A DNA stretch of 64,000 bases from Gemmatimonadales bacterium (lineage in GTDB: Bacteria > Gemmatimonadota > Gemmatimonadetes > Gemmatimonadales > GWC2-71-9). Positions within the stretch are counted from its first letter, which is position 1. Each line of letters begins with the position of its first letter. A program made the translations under genes and the position numbers. The notes under the pieces are model-generated. The model searched no databases and was not told the origin of the DNA. It worked only from the letters and a program-made list of their open reading frames with translations. Of the stretch, positions 54,381-63,322 are shown piece after piece. Where the stretch lies: the NCBI GenBank assembly GCA_040877595.1, contig JBBDNM010000037.1:59277-123276 (forward strand), read 5' to 3'.

Positions 54381-55051
54381 CGCGGCAGCGCCGCTTCGAT
54401 GGCTGAGGCCAGACGGTCAAAACTCAGGCGGTCCAACCGCACCAACTGCCCGTTCACGAAAATCGTGGGCGTGCCGCTCACGCCGCGCGCCTGGCCGCGC
54501 TGCACTGTCTGCGCAATGCGTGTAAGCGGTTCGCGATCGCTCATGCAGGTCTGCCAAGCGTTCATGTCAATGCCGATCCGCCGTGCGTAGCCCTCGAACA
54601 GGCCGCGCGCGCCGCCACGCACCCATTGTCCCTGCCCTCCATAAATGGCATCGTGCATGGACCAGAACTGGTTTTGCTCGGCGGCGCACGCCGCCGCGAG
54701 GTGCGCGAGCGGCGCGGTCAGATGGGTATCGATCGGGAAATCGTTGAATCGCCAGCGCACAAGACCGGTCTCGATGTAACGCCGCTTGATGTCCGGAAGA
54801 ATCAGAATCGACATCTGCATACAATACGGGCATTCGAAGTCGGAGAACTCATCCACGACGACCGGTGCGGTATCGGACCCGATCTGGTACGCGGCAGGTG
54901 GCACCGAATCCATCCCGACGGGGAGAACACCGGTCGGGAGCACCACCGGACCGCCATCCCGCTGCGTCATATACACGAGGGCACCGCCGCCCAAGACCGC
55001 GACCGCGCCGAGCCCGAGATAGAAGTTCTTCAGTGACCTTTGCTGCGCCAT
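54377..55051 (-). CDS. DsbA-family thiol:disulfide oxidoreductase (membrane-anchored)
   Basis: Thioredoxin-fold active site 'FECPYC', 'GVSGTPTIFVNG', and an N-terminal anchor. ATGA overlap with the VKOR gene. Confidence 0.8.
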   Translation of the reverse strand: MAQQRSLKNFYLGLGAVAVLGGGALVYMTQRDGGPVVLPTGVLPVGMDSVPPAAYQIGSDTAPVVVDEFSDFECPYCMQMSILILPDIKRRYIETGLVRWRFNDFPIDTHLTAPLAHLAAACAAEQNQFWSMHDAIYGGQGQWVRGGARGLFEGYARRIGIDMNAWQTCMSDREPLTRIAQTVQRGQARGVSGTPTIFVNGQLVRLDRLSFDRLASAIEAALPR

Positions 55052-55326
55052 GGCTCGTCGTCCTCGGGGTCAAAATCGGCCGCTTCGAGGGCCCGGCGGG
55101 CCTCTTCCACGATGCGGCGGTGTTCCGCCGTCTCCGGCGAGTCGTAGGTGGACCGCACTTCGTAATGGAATAACTCCGACCGCGCGTCCCCCATCAACCG
55201 CAACAGCTCGGGGCCCGACTTGAGCAGCTCCTCGTCCGACCGGCACGCCGCAATGCGCGCCGACAAGGCGCGCAGAAGCCGCACCAGGCGGTCCATGCGT
55301 TCGGGATCGTAGATGTTATCGCTCAA
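55030..55326 (-). CDS. Hypothetical acidic helical protein
   Basis: 98-aa ORF with plausible codon usage and no motif I recognise. It overlaps the dsbA-like start by 22 nt. Confidence 0.4.
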   Translation of the reverse strand: MSDNIYDPERMDRLVRLLRALSARIAACRSDEELLKSGPELLRLMGDARSELFHYEVRSTYDSPETAEHRRIVEEARRALEAADFDPEDDEPWRSKGH

Positions 55327-55404
55327 GCTCGCTCCGTTGCCATTCCCACTTGGTCAAAGTAGGTTTCACTCTCAACCCAATATACGTCAAGGAGTTCCAC
55401 ACGC

Positions 55405-55668
55405 ATGCAAAAACGATCGAAGCCGGCGGCCCCCGCAGCCGGCTACTTCGACCAGGCCCGAGACGAATTGTTCAGCCATATCCTTCGCTGCGGCGTGCTG
55501 GAAGCCACGGTCGAACACCAGAAGGAATGGTTCGATGACACGATGGATTACCTGACCGGGCGCTACGACCAACTGTCCGACCAGGATCTGGATTCCCTTC
55601 GCAAGCTCGGTGAGCGCTACTGCCAGCCGGTCAAGCGCGGGAACCCGGTCGAAGTCGCCTCGACCTAG
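55405..55668 (+). CDS. Hypothetical protein
   Basis: 87-aa ORF preceded by AAGGAG 8 nt upstream. No motif recognised. Confidence 0.45.
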   Translation: MQKRSKPAAPAAGYFDQARDELFSHILRCGVLEATVEHQKEWFDDTMDYLTGRYDQLSDQDLDSLRKLGERYCQPVKRGNPVEVAST

Positions 55669-56123
55669 CGGCGCGGTCGTCGCCAACGGAAGCCGGCGGC
55701 TACACGCACCCCGCCGCCCGCGCCGGCTTCCACGTACCACCCCGATCGCCCACCGGGCGTCCCTTCTACCCCCAACGTCGCCACCAGCCGCTCCGCGGTC
55801 GTATTGCGCGTGGTGATCACCGCCACACCCCCGGCCGCATAGATGCCCGCGCCCCGGCGTCGTGCCGGCGTGAGCAGGAACCCGACAAGCACCTCACCTC
55901 GCGCAGCCAATGCCCCATCGAGCGAGCCCACCGCCGCGACTATCGCCAGGCGCGCCCGCCCCGCGCGCTGCGCGTACCCAAGGCCACCCGCCACAAGCGG
56001 CGCGTCCGACAACGTGGCCAGCGCCCCGATCTGCCACTCGGTGACCCGCTGGGCGCTGAGGGGCGCGGTCAGGACCGCCGCCAATACCAGGGGCCTACCG
56101 AACAACCACGGCCTCATGCACAA
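55665..56123 (-). CDS. Secreted Gly/Ala-rich protein, small beta-barrel candidate
   Basis: Signal peptide 'MRPWLFGRPLVLAAVLTAPLSA/QRV'. Alternating Gly/Ala/Val strands, ending '...VRVAAGFRWRRPRR'. Confidence 0.45.
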   Translation of the reverse strand: MCMRPWLFGRPLVLAAVLTAPLSAQRVTEWQIGALATLSDAPLVAGGLGYAQRAGRARLAIVAAVGSLDGALAARGEVLVGFLLTPARRRGAGIYAAGGVAVITTRNTTAERLVATLGVEGTPGGRSGWYVEAGAGGGVRVAAGFRWRRPRR

Positions 56124-56514
56124 TCGCGATGTCAGGGGCCAGGGAGTGCGCGACGGAACAGTACTTCTCGAGCGAGAGGGCGACCGCCCGGTCGGCCTGG
56201 TCCTGGGTTACATCCGGACTCCGGACCTCGAACCGGTACCGTAGCGACAGATACCGGCGCGGGTTCTCTTCGCGGCGTGTGCCACCCACCGTCACATGCA
56301 GACCGTCCAGGGCCACGCGCATCTTCTTGAGGATCAGCACGACATCCGACGCGGCACAGCCCGCCGCCGCCAGAAGCAACGTGATCATGGGGCTGGGACC
56401 CGCCTCCCCGTCCCCGTCAATGGTGATGGTCGGTGTCTCGGGAAGGGTGCCGCGGCCCGAAAATCTGAGGCCTTTGCCTGCCCAGACCAGCTCAATGGCG
56501 CGTTCGTGGGACAC
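56095..56514 (-). CDS. OsmC/Ohr-family peroxiredoxin-like protein
   Basis: 139 aa. 'PSPMITLLLAAAGCAASDVV' and 'ALSLEKYCSVAHSL' are the two conserved Cys contexts of OsmC. Confidence 0.8.
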   Translation of the reverse strand: MSHERAIELVWAGKGLRFSGRGTLPETPTITIDGDGEAGPSPMITLLLAAAGCAASDVVLILKKMRVALDGLHVTVGGTRREENPRRYLSLRYRFEVRSPDVTQDQADRAVALSLEKYCSVAHSLAPDIAIVHEAVVVR

Positions 56515-56561
56515 GACATCTCCTTGCCGCCGGTCTCGGGCGGCCGTACCTTGAGGATCGC

Positions 56562-57020
56562 ATGGACCTCACGCTGCTCAAACAGGCCGCGATCTTTGCG
56601 GATCTCACGGACGACGAACTCGCCCATGTGGCCGAGATCTGCAAGGAACAGACGTACAAATTCGGCCAGACGATCTTCAAAGAGGGCGAGCCGGGAAACC
56701 GCCTGTACATCATCGCGGATGGCGAAGTGCGCATTTCCCGTATGGTGCCGGGGTCCGGCGAAGAGGCGCTCACCGTGCTCAAGAAGGGCGCCTGCTTCGG
56801 CGAGATGTCGGTGTTCGATCGCTCCGAGCGGTCCACCGATGCGATCGCCAACAAGGACTGCACCATGCTCACCATTTCGCGGTCGGACTTCGAGATCCTG
56901 CTCGATTTCAACCGCGATATCGCCTACAAGGTCCTCTGGTCGGTGGTTCGCCTGCTCTCGGAACGACTGCGCGTGACGAACGACAATTTGCGGTCGTTCC
57001 TCGCCATGTCGATGTTCTAG
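56562..57020 (+). CDS. Cyclic-nucleotide-binding domain protein (stand-alone cNMP domain)
   Basis: 'IFKEGEPGNRLYIIADGEVRI' and 'GACFGEMSVFD...RSTDAIA' form the CAP-family beta-roll and phosphate-binding cassette. Confidence 0.8.
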   Translation: MDLTLLKQAAIFADLTDDELAHVAEICKEQTYKFGQTIFKEGEPGNRLYIIADGEVRISRMVPGSGEEALTVLKKGACFGEMSVFDRSERSTDAIANKDCTMLTISRSDFEILLDFNRDIAYKVLWSVVRLLSERLRVTNDNLRSFLAMSMF

Positions 57021-57044
57021 ACCCGACCCCAAGTCTAGCACCCG

Positions 57045-58088
57045 GTGCGGTTCCGTTACAGCCTGCTGTCGCTCGTGGCCTTGCTTTCCTGCAAGAGCGA
57101 CATCACGATCAGCAACCTCCCGATCCAGCTGACGGTCGCGCCCACCGCCGACACGCTCGTGGTTGGCGAAACCGCGACACCGTTCACCGCCATCGCCGTC
57201 AACTTCGAGGGCGACACCATCACGGCCGAGGTCGCATGGTCCACGAACCGGGCCGACCTGGCCCTTGTGAACCAGGTGACCGGCGCGATCTCCACCCTCG
57301 CGGTGGGCGAGGCATGGATTGTGGCCGAGACCGGCAGCCTGCGGGATAGCGCTCGGCTGACCATCCTGGGCCCGATAACGCTGTCCCTGCGACTCGACAC
57401 CATCCTGCTTGCGCCCGGTGACACGTTCAGCATTCCGGTCACGGCGCTCAACTTGAGCGGCCATCCGCTCTCCCTGACGTATGCCATCGACGACACGACC
57501 GTGGCGCGGGTGAGCGCGGGCGGCCAGCTGACCGCGCTGGCGCTCGGCCGCACCGGATTTGCCGTCCAGGCAGATTCGTTCACCGTGGGCGGCATCGTGG
57601 ACGTGGTGACGGTACTCGACACGTTGGGCGGGCAAGGCTACTTCGTGCTGCGCGGCGCCGTGGAGCGACGCGTGCGCATGGGCTCACGCTGGTTCCAGTA
57701 CTCAGATGGCATCGGCGGGAGCGTCGTGAACATCGCGGCGCGGAATGCCGAGAATACGGAACGCCTGTTCACGGTGGTGCGCGACAGCATCCTCATGCCG
57801 GGCCTGCGCACGATCGGCCCCTTCCCCGCCGCTTCATCCACGGTGGCCATCTGCAACCCGCCGAACGGTTGGGCCCTGTATCAGGATCGGCGTGCGGGCG
57901 CCACGATTGACGCGCCGTCGGTGTTGCCCGGCGGGACCCTGTCCATTCAGCGCGTGGACCCCATTCCGGGCGGCGCGCGCGTAAGCGCCACGATCGAGGT
58001 GCTGCTGGAGCGCTCGCCGGGAGACCAAGTCTCGGTGCTTGGACGCTTTGTGGTGCCCCTGCTCAGCCTGACGAGCTGCCCCGGATAA
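57045..58088 (+). CDS. Lipoprotein with Big_2-like Ig domains
   Basis: Lipobox 'LVALLSC'. Two segments resemble bacterial Ig-like group 2 domains ('VAWSTNRADLALVNQVTGAISTLAVGEAWIVA', 'YAIDDTTVARVSAGGQLTALALGRTGFAV'). Confidence 0.5.
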   Translation: MRFRYSLLSLVALLSCKSDITISNLPIQLTVAPTADTLVVGETATPFTAIAVNFEGDTITAEVAWSTNRADLALVNQVTGAISTLAVGEAWIVAETGSLRDSARLTILGPITLSLRLDTILLAPGDTFSIPVTALNLSGHPLSLTYAIDDTTVARVSAGGQLTALALGRTGFAVQADSFTVGGIVDVVTVLDTLGGQGYFVLRGAVERRVRMGSRWFQYSDGIGGSVVNIAARNAENTERLFTVVRDSILMPGLRTIGPFPAASSTVAICNPPNGWALYQDRRAGATIDAPSVLPGGTLSIQRVDPIPGGARVSATIEVLLERSPGDQVSVLGRFVVPLLSLTSCPG

Positions 58089-59268
58089 CGAACTCCGCGC
58101 GGGGCTGCGCAAAGACGCGCGCCGCCGCCTGCACGTCCTCGGCGGTCACGCCACGCAACCGACCCGGCGCTTCGACCAAGTCGTCCAGCGTACCCGTACA
58201 CCAGGCATCCACCAGCGCGTCCCGCACCGCCGCCGTATGCACCAGCGACATGACGTGAAGCCCAGCGGCGTACTGGCGCGCCCGCTCCAGTTCATCATCG
58301 GGGACCAGCTCGTGGACCAGTCGCATGAGTTCAGCTAGCATCGCCTCGCGCACCTCGTCCACCCGGTCGGGCGAGGTCGCGATGTACGCGAGCACGGCCC
58401 CGGCGCGACGACGCATCCACGGCCGCGCCTGGACCGTGTAGGCAAGCGACCGCTTCTCCCGCAGCTCGTCAAACAACCGCCCGGCAAGCCCTGACAGCAC
58501 CGCGCCCATCACCACGAACGCGTGCCGTGACGGATCGCGTGCCGGCGGCGCCGGAAATCCCATCGCGAGCGCGCTCTGCTGCTTGTCGCGCGGTTCTTCG
58601 ACGTGACGGGCGTTCCAGGTCGGTGACGCATCCGACACCGCGGCTTCACGCGCCGGCCACGCCGTGAGGGCCGCGGCGCATTGGTCGAGGAGTTGCTCAG
58701 GGTCGCCGTCACCGACCACCACGACCAGCGCCCGGCGCGTCTGCCAGGCCGCCTGCCACGCGCCGGTATCCGCGGCGGTAAACCCGATCACGCGTTCAGG
58801 ATCGCCGAGCGGGGGCAGCGCGTACGGGTCGGGCGCGAACGCGGCGGCGAGGACCCGTTGCATCGGGTACCGATACATGTCGTCGCGCTGCGAGCGGGCG
58901 AGGTCGGACTGCAGCCGCGCCTCAATCGCCACGTCCTCGGCGGCGAGACCCGGCGCGGTGGCGAGCTCAGCCAGTACGGTGGCGGCATCTGCCACGTGCT
59001 CGGGAGGCACCGTGATGCTCCAGCCGGCGGTCTCCAGCGTGCTGACCGCGCCCAACGATCCACCCAGCCGCTCGGCCCGCTCGACCAGACGCCCGCGGTC
59101 CGCGCGCAGGGCCGCACGCACCATCAGGTGTGTAAGCCCGGCGTTGCCCTCGGTTTCCTGCTCGCGCACCCCGGGCACGAGCAACGCCAGCGAGGCGAGG
59201 CCGCTTCCGGCCTGTCGACGCGCCACGAGGTCCGCCGAGGGCAGGCTACGCGTGTGGAGGCCAGTCAT
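58063..59268 (-). CDS. M16-family peptidase-like protein lacking HxxEH (non-catalytic partner)
   Basis: Start re-set to ATG 59266-59268 (MTGLHTRSLPSADLV...). M16 fold blocks are present ('AGLTHLMVRA', 'LFDELREKRSLAYTV'), but no HxxEH motif. Confidence 0.65.
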   Translation of the reverse strand: MTGLHTRSLPSADLVARRQAGSGLASLALLVPGVREQETEGNAGLTHLMVRAALRADRGRLVERAERLGGSLGAVSTLETAGWSITVPPEHVADAATVLAELATAPGLAAEDVAIEARLQSDLARSQRDDMYRYPMQRVLAAAFAPDPYALPPLGDPERVIGFTAADTGAWQAAWQTRRALVVVVGDGDPEQLLDQCAAALTAWPAREAAVSDASPTWNARHVEEPRDKQQSALAMGFPAPPARDPSRHAFVVMGAVLSGLAGRLFDELREKRSLAYTVQARPWMRRRAGAVLAYIATSPDRVDEVREAMLAELMRLVHELVPDDELERARQYAAGLHVMSLVHTAAVRDALVDAWCTGTLDDLVEAPGRLRGVTAEDVQAAARVFAQPRAEFVIRGSSSG

Positions 59269-60520
59269 GCTCGTCCCAGGAGAGGTCACGCGGCAGGTAG
59301 AGACTGCCAGACGGCCCATCACTCAACCAGGTCGCCGCCGCACGACGCACCTGGTCGACATCCACGTGGGCGATGCGGTCGAGATACACATTCAGACCTT
59401 GGTACCCGCCGAGCGCTTCGAACTCGGCCAGCGCGGTCGCCCGGCCCTCAGCCGCTTCCAGCCGGCGGGCCCACCGCGTGCGGTTGAGCGCGCGCACCCG
59501 CGCGAGGTCGTCGGCCGAGGGCCCGAGCTCGTGCAGCGTGCGGACGGCATCCATCGCGCGCCGCACCGCCTGTCGCAGCGTGGCAGGGCTGCCGGTCAGA
59601 GTCACATCGAACACCCCTACTTCGCCCGGCGTGGAGTGACCCGCGCCGATGGCGGCCGCAAGGCCGGTGTCGCGCACCTGACGGTCGAGCCACGCACTGC
59701 GGCCGGACGACAGCACATCGGCCGCCACATCGAGCGCCGGCGTGTCGTCATGCAGCGCGCCCACCGTGCGCCAGCCGAAGGCGGCCATGGGCCGGGCGAC
59801 ATCGCCGGTCGTGATCTTGAGCGTCCCCGGACGGCCGGGCGGCTCTTCGGGAGACGGCTCGACAGTCGATGCGTCAGCGGTCCAGTCGCCCCACGTCCGT
59901 TCTGCCAGCGCAACCGCCGCCTCAGGATCCAGGTCACCCACCAGCGACACGATCACGCGTTCCGGCACATAGCGTGACCGGTAGTACGCCCGCAGGTCGG
60001 CGGCAGTGAGCTGGCGCAATTGCTCTGGCGTGCCGATACGCCAGCGACCCATGCGGTGTCTCCGGTACAACTCCGCATAGAGCGACTCGACGGTGACGGC
60101 GCCCGGGTTATCGAGCTTGCGCCGCGCCTCCTGCACGATCACTTCGAGCTCGCGCGCCAGTTGGCTCTCGTCAAGTGACAGGTGGCGCAGTGCATCGGCC
60201 TGGAGGGCGGCGATACGCGCCAGGCCGCCACCGGCCGACGGTGCTACCGCGTAGTAGACCGTCTTGTCGTAGATGGTGCCCGCGTTGATGTAGCCGCCGA
60301 GGAGTTGCGTCTCCCGCGCGAGTGCGCCCGGGCCGTGCCGCGGCGTACCCTTGAAGAACATGTGCTCCAGCACATGCGCGATACCGACCCACTCGTCGGG
60401 TTCGTCGAAATACCCGGCACGGACATGCGTGACGACCGCCACGACGGGCGCCGTGGCGTGGCGTTCGACGAGCACCGTGAGACCGTTGGAGAGACGGACG
60501 CGATGGACGTGCTGGGTCAG
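59246..60520 (-). CDS. M16-family zinc peptidase (pitrilysin/insulinase-like), probable CTG start
   Basis: Zinc motif 'HVLEHMFFKG' (HxxEH) and 'RETQLLGGYINAGT'. The ORF-track GTG start at 60475 removes the conserved 'VRLSNGLTV' strand that is encoded in frame just upstream. The only upstream in-frame start-like codon is CTG at 60518-60520, forming CTGA with the preceding stop. Confidence 0.75.
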   Translation of the reverse strand: MTQHVHRVRLSNGLTVLVERHATAPVVAVVTHVRAGYFDEPDEWVGIAHVLEHMFFKGTPRHGPGALARETQLLGGYINAGTIYDKTVYYAVAPSAGGGLARIAALQADALRHLSLDESQLARELEVIVQEARRKLDNPGAVTVESLYAELYRRHRMGRWRIGTPEQLRQLTAADLRAYYRSRYVPERVIVSLVGDLDPEAAVALAERTWGDWTADASTVEPSPEEPPGRPGTLKITTGDVARPMAAFGWRTVGALHDDTPALDVAADVLSSGRSAWLDRQVRDTGLAAAIGAGHSTPGEVGVFDVTLTGSPATLRQAVRRAMDAVRTLHELGPSADDLARVRALNRTRWARRLEAAEGRATALAEFEALGGYQGLNVYLDRIAHVDVDQVRRAAATWLSDGPSGSLYLPRDLSWDEHDWPPHA

Positions 60521-61221
60521 CGCGCGGATCCCATGGGGAGCTTTCGCACAATCAGCATGGCGAGGGCCACCAGCACGGCCGCATACGCCAGCTGAATCAG
60601 CAACGGCTCCCAGTTGACGCCGCCGTCATAGGGAAACAGTCGGCCGGTGTCGGTCGGTGGGAGGACGACGTTGAGCACCTTGCCGAGCGCCGACTGATCG
60701 GCAGGGTAGTTCCCGCGCAGCAACGCCGACACGCCGAGGATTACGGGCCCGAAGATCCAGTCGGCGTTGGTGAGGCGCGAGAACACCAGTACCAAGCCAC
60801 TCACCAGGAAGTAGTCCGCCAGCACGTCGCCCAACGCCGGCCAGCCCGGCCAGACCGGCGCCACCATCACGGCGATCAAGCCGAAACTGGCGAAGATGGC
60901 CAGACAGAACACGATGGTCGTGGCTACATAGGACAGCAGGTAATACGAGACGGGAGAGACAGGCTTGGCGAACAGGAACCGGTAGAAACCCTGCCGCACA
61001 TCGGCGCCCACCAGCCCGTACGAGGCCAGCAGCGTGTAGAACAGTCCCATGCTGCCGAGGGCTTCCCGCAGCACGCGCATGAGCTGCTCTGGTGTTGCGT
61101 CGTCCACGCCACTGAGCGACATCGGCAGCGTGAGTAGGAACCCGATCACCACCATCACCGCCCCGCGCGTCATCAGCAGGTCGAGGAAATGGCGCGGCAG
61201 ATAGCGTAGCAATCCGTTCAT
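60517..61221 (-). CDS. Polytopic membrane protein, putative permease partner of the ABC ATPase
   Basis: 234 aa, about six TM helices. ATGA overlap with the ATPase gene. No canonical family motif recognised. Confidence 0.5.
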   Translation of the reverse strand: MNGLLRYLPRHFLDLLMTRGAVMVVIGFLLTLPMSLSGVDDATPEQLMRVLREALGSMGLFYTLLASYGLVGADVRQGFYRFLFAKPVSPVSYYLLSYVATTIVFCLAIFASFGLIAVMVAPVWPGWPALGDVLADYFLVSGLVLVFSRLTNADWIFGPVILGVSALLRGNYPADQSALGKVLNVVLPPTDTGRLFPYDGGVNWEPLLIQLAYAAVLVALAMLIVRKLPMGSAR

Positions 61222-62141
61222 GCGCCGCTCCCTCCCTGCACCGCATCCCGGAAGGCCGCCTCAAGCCGGCTTTGCGCCGGAAAGAACGCCCGCACGCGCA
61301 TGCCGTCAGCCAGCGCCCGCTGGAGCCGGACGTTGAGGTCCTCTATCGTGCCGTGCACGTCGAAGCTCAGTTCCCGTACCTGCGCGCTCTTGGTAGCACC
61401 CGGGAAGTGCGTGAGCAGGGCGGGATGATCAGCGGTGAGTACCAGACGCCACACCCCTGCGCCCTCCGCACTGTGATCGCTGGCGTCCGCCACGCGCACC
61501 AGCGTACCGCGGTCAAGAATCGCCACGCGGTCGGCCAGGCGTTCCAGCTCGTCCAGGTTGTGCGACGCGATGATGATCAACCGGTCGGGGCGGCGCTCCG
61601 CCTCCACCACGTCGCGGAAGCGCTGCGTCCACAATGGATCGAGCCCGTGGGTCGGCTCGTCGAGAATCACCAACCGGGAGTCGCTGAGCAGCGCCTGCGC
61701 GAGACCGAGGCGCTGGAGGTTGCCTTTGGAAAGCTGCTTCACCCGCTTGCTGCGATGCTCGGCCAGGCCCAACTGCTCAATCAGCCCTTCGACCTTGGCC
61801 TTCCGCTCGGTCGGGGCCATGTCCTCCAGCAGCGCGTACCGATGGAGTGTGCCGTCGGTCTTCCACCAGCGCGGAATGCCGATCAACTCGGACAGGTACG
61901 CCACGCCGAACCGCTCCACCCACGCGCGTGGCTCGGTCTGTTCGATGTGAATGGTGCCGGCGGTGGGTTTGAGGTATCCGAGCAACAGGGCAAGCAGCGT
62001 GGTCTTGCCGGCGCCGTTGGGCCCGGCAATGCCGAACACTTCACCCGGCTGGAGCGTGATGGAGAAGTCCCGGAGGGCGTGCACTTCCTTCCGGGTGATG
62101 AGACTGCGGTAGGTCTTTCCGGCCCCCCGAAGTTCGATCAC
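61218..62141 (-). CDS. ABC transporter ATP-binding protein
   Basis: Walker A 'GPNGAGKTT', signature 'LSKGNLQRLGLA', Walker B 'LVILDEPTHGLD', H-loop 'IIASHN'. The GTG start forms GTGA with the upstream stop. Confidence 0.9.
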   Translation of the reverse strand: MIELRGAGKTYRSLITRKEVHALRDFSITLQPGEVFGIAGPNGAGKTTLLALLLGYLKPTAGTIHIEQTEPRAWVERFGVAYLSELIGIPRWWKTDGTLHRYALLEDMAPTERKAKVEGLIEQLGLAEHRSKRVKQLSKGNLQRLGLAQALLSDSRLVILDEPTHGLDPLWTQRFRDVVEAERRPDRLIIIASHNLDELERLADRVAILDRGTLVRVADASDHSAEGAGVWRLVLTADHPALLTHFPGATKSAQVRELSFDVHGTIEDLNVRLQRALADGMRVRAFFPAQSRLEAAFRDAVQGGSGA

Positions 62142-63253
62142 CGGACGATACGCAACATGCCCGCGGCTGCGATCCCGAGCAAGAACGCCTCGGCGTCGTT
62201 GGTGGAAATGCTGACGCCGCGCCGGTCCCGGCCCTGCTGGGCCAAGTGCTCCATGTACCCGGTCCGTGGCTTGGTGCGCCAGACCGGATCGTCCTCATGC
62301 ATCTGCTCGATGATCTCGTCCCACGTGCCAGTGTAGCTCTCGCCGTCGCGCGTCAGCACGCGATGGGGAATGACACCCCGCTGGCGGCGCATGCCGTCCA
62401 GTTCCTGCAGCAGCGCGCCAAACAGCTCGAGCTGGAGGGGATCCCGTACGCCACCGTCGGCCTGGGTGGCCTCGACCTCGGCCAGCAGCTGGTCAATGGC
62501 GTCGTACGCGGTCGCCAGCTCGCCCAGCCTGTCGTTCCAGGGCACGAACTCGGGATCGCCCGGCCCGAGCCGGTAGATGGACTTCTTGAGTTCCAGCATC
62601 CGCCAGATGGCCAGTTCATCCACGTGTTCGTCCGGCCTGGTCTGCTCAAAATGATACAGCGCCGACTCGAATTCGCCCCGGTCATAGAGCAGGTTGCCAA
62701 GGTAGATCCGCGCTTCGCTGTGGCCGGGATCGAGTTCCAACGCCTTGCGCAGCGAGCGAATGGCGTTGGCATCCTGGCCCAAACGGTGCTGCGCGTACCC
62801 CAGGCACGCGACGGCTTCACCGGATGCAGGATGGGTTTCGACCGCGACCTGGAAGAAATGCCGCGCCGCCTGCACCGCGTTCTCGCGGAACAGGGCTCGG
62901 CCGGCCTGGAGGACAAGGTCGTGATCATCGCGGAAGCCGAGGACGAGTACCTGTTCAAAGCACTTCAGGGCCTCGGGGTACTCCCCAAGCTTGAGGAGGA
63001 CCTCACCCAACCCGACCAGCCCGTCTTCATGTTCGGGGTCGAAGCCCAGTGCATCATCGAAGCTCTGGCGGGCCCAGGCATATTCCTCCCGTGCAAACCG
63101 GGCGTAGCCCACGCCGACATGGAGTTCGGCCGAGAACGGATACACGCCGAGTCCCTCACGCAGGACGGTCAGCGCGTCATCGAATCGACCTTCGTTGTAC
63201 AACTGGTGAGCCCGTTCTGCGAAGTCCTCGGAGGAGAGGAACGCGTCGGACAT
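62138..63253 (-). CDS. TPR-repeat protein with distinct C-terminal domain
   Basis: 371 aa. About six TPR units in the N-terminal 210 aa ('AHQLYNEGRFDDALTVLREGL', 'IRSLRKALELDPGHSEARIYLGNLLY'). The non-TPR C-terminal ~150 aa are unrecognised. Confidence 0.6.
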   Translation of the reverse strand: MSDAFLSSEDFAERAHQLYNEGRFDDALTVLREGLGVYPFSAELHVGVGYARFAREEYAWARQSFDDALGFDPEHEDGLVGLGEVLLKLGEYPEALKCFEQVLVLGFRDDHDLVLQAGRALFRENAVQAARHFFQVAVETHPASGEAVACLGYAQHRLGQDANAIRSLRKALELDPGHSEARIYLGNLLYDRGEFESALYHFEQTRPDEHVDELAIWRMLELKKSIYRLGPGDPEFVPWNDRLGELATAYDAIDQLLAEVEATQADGGVRDPLQLELFGALLQELDGMRRQRGVIPHRVLTRDGESYTGTWDEIIEQMHEDDPVWRTKPRTGYMEHLAQQGRDRRGVSISTNDAEAFLLGIAAAGMLRIVR

Positions 63254-63322
63254 TCAGCGGGTCTCCCGTGGCAGGTTGGCCTACGATACGAAATGGTCCC
63301 CAATCGCACAAGTCCTTATGTG

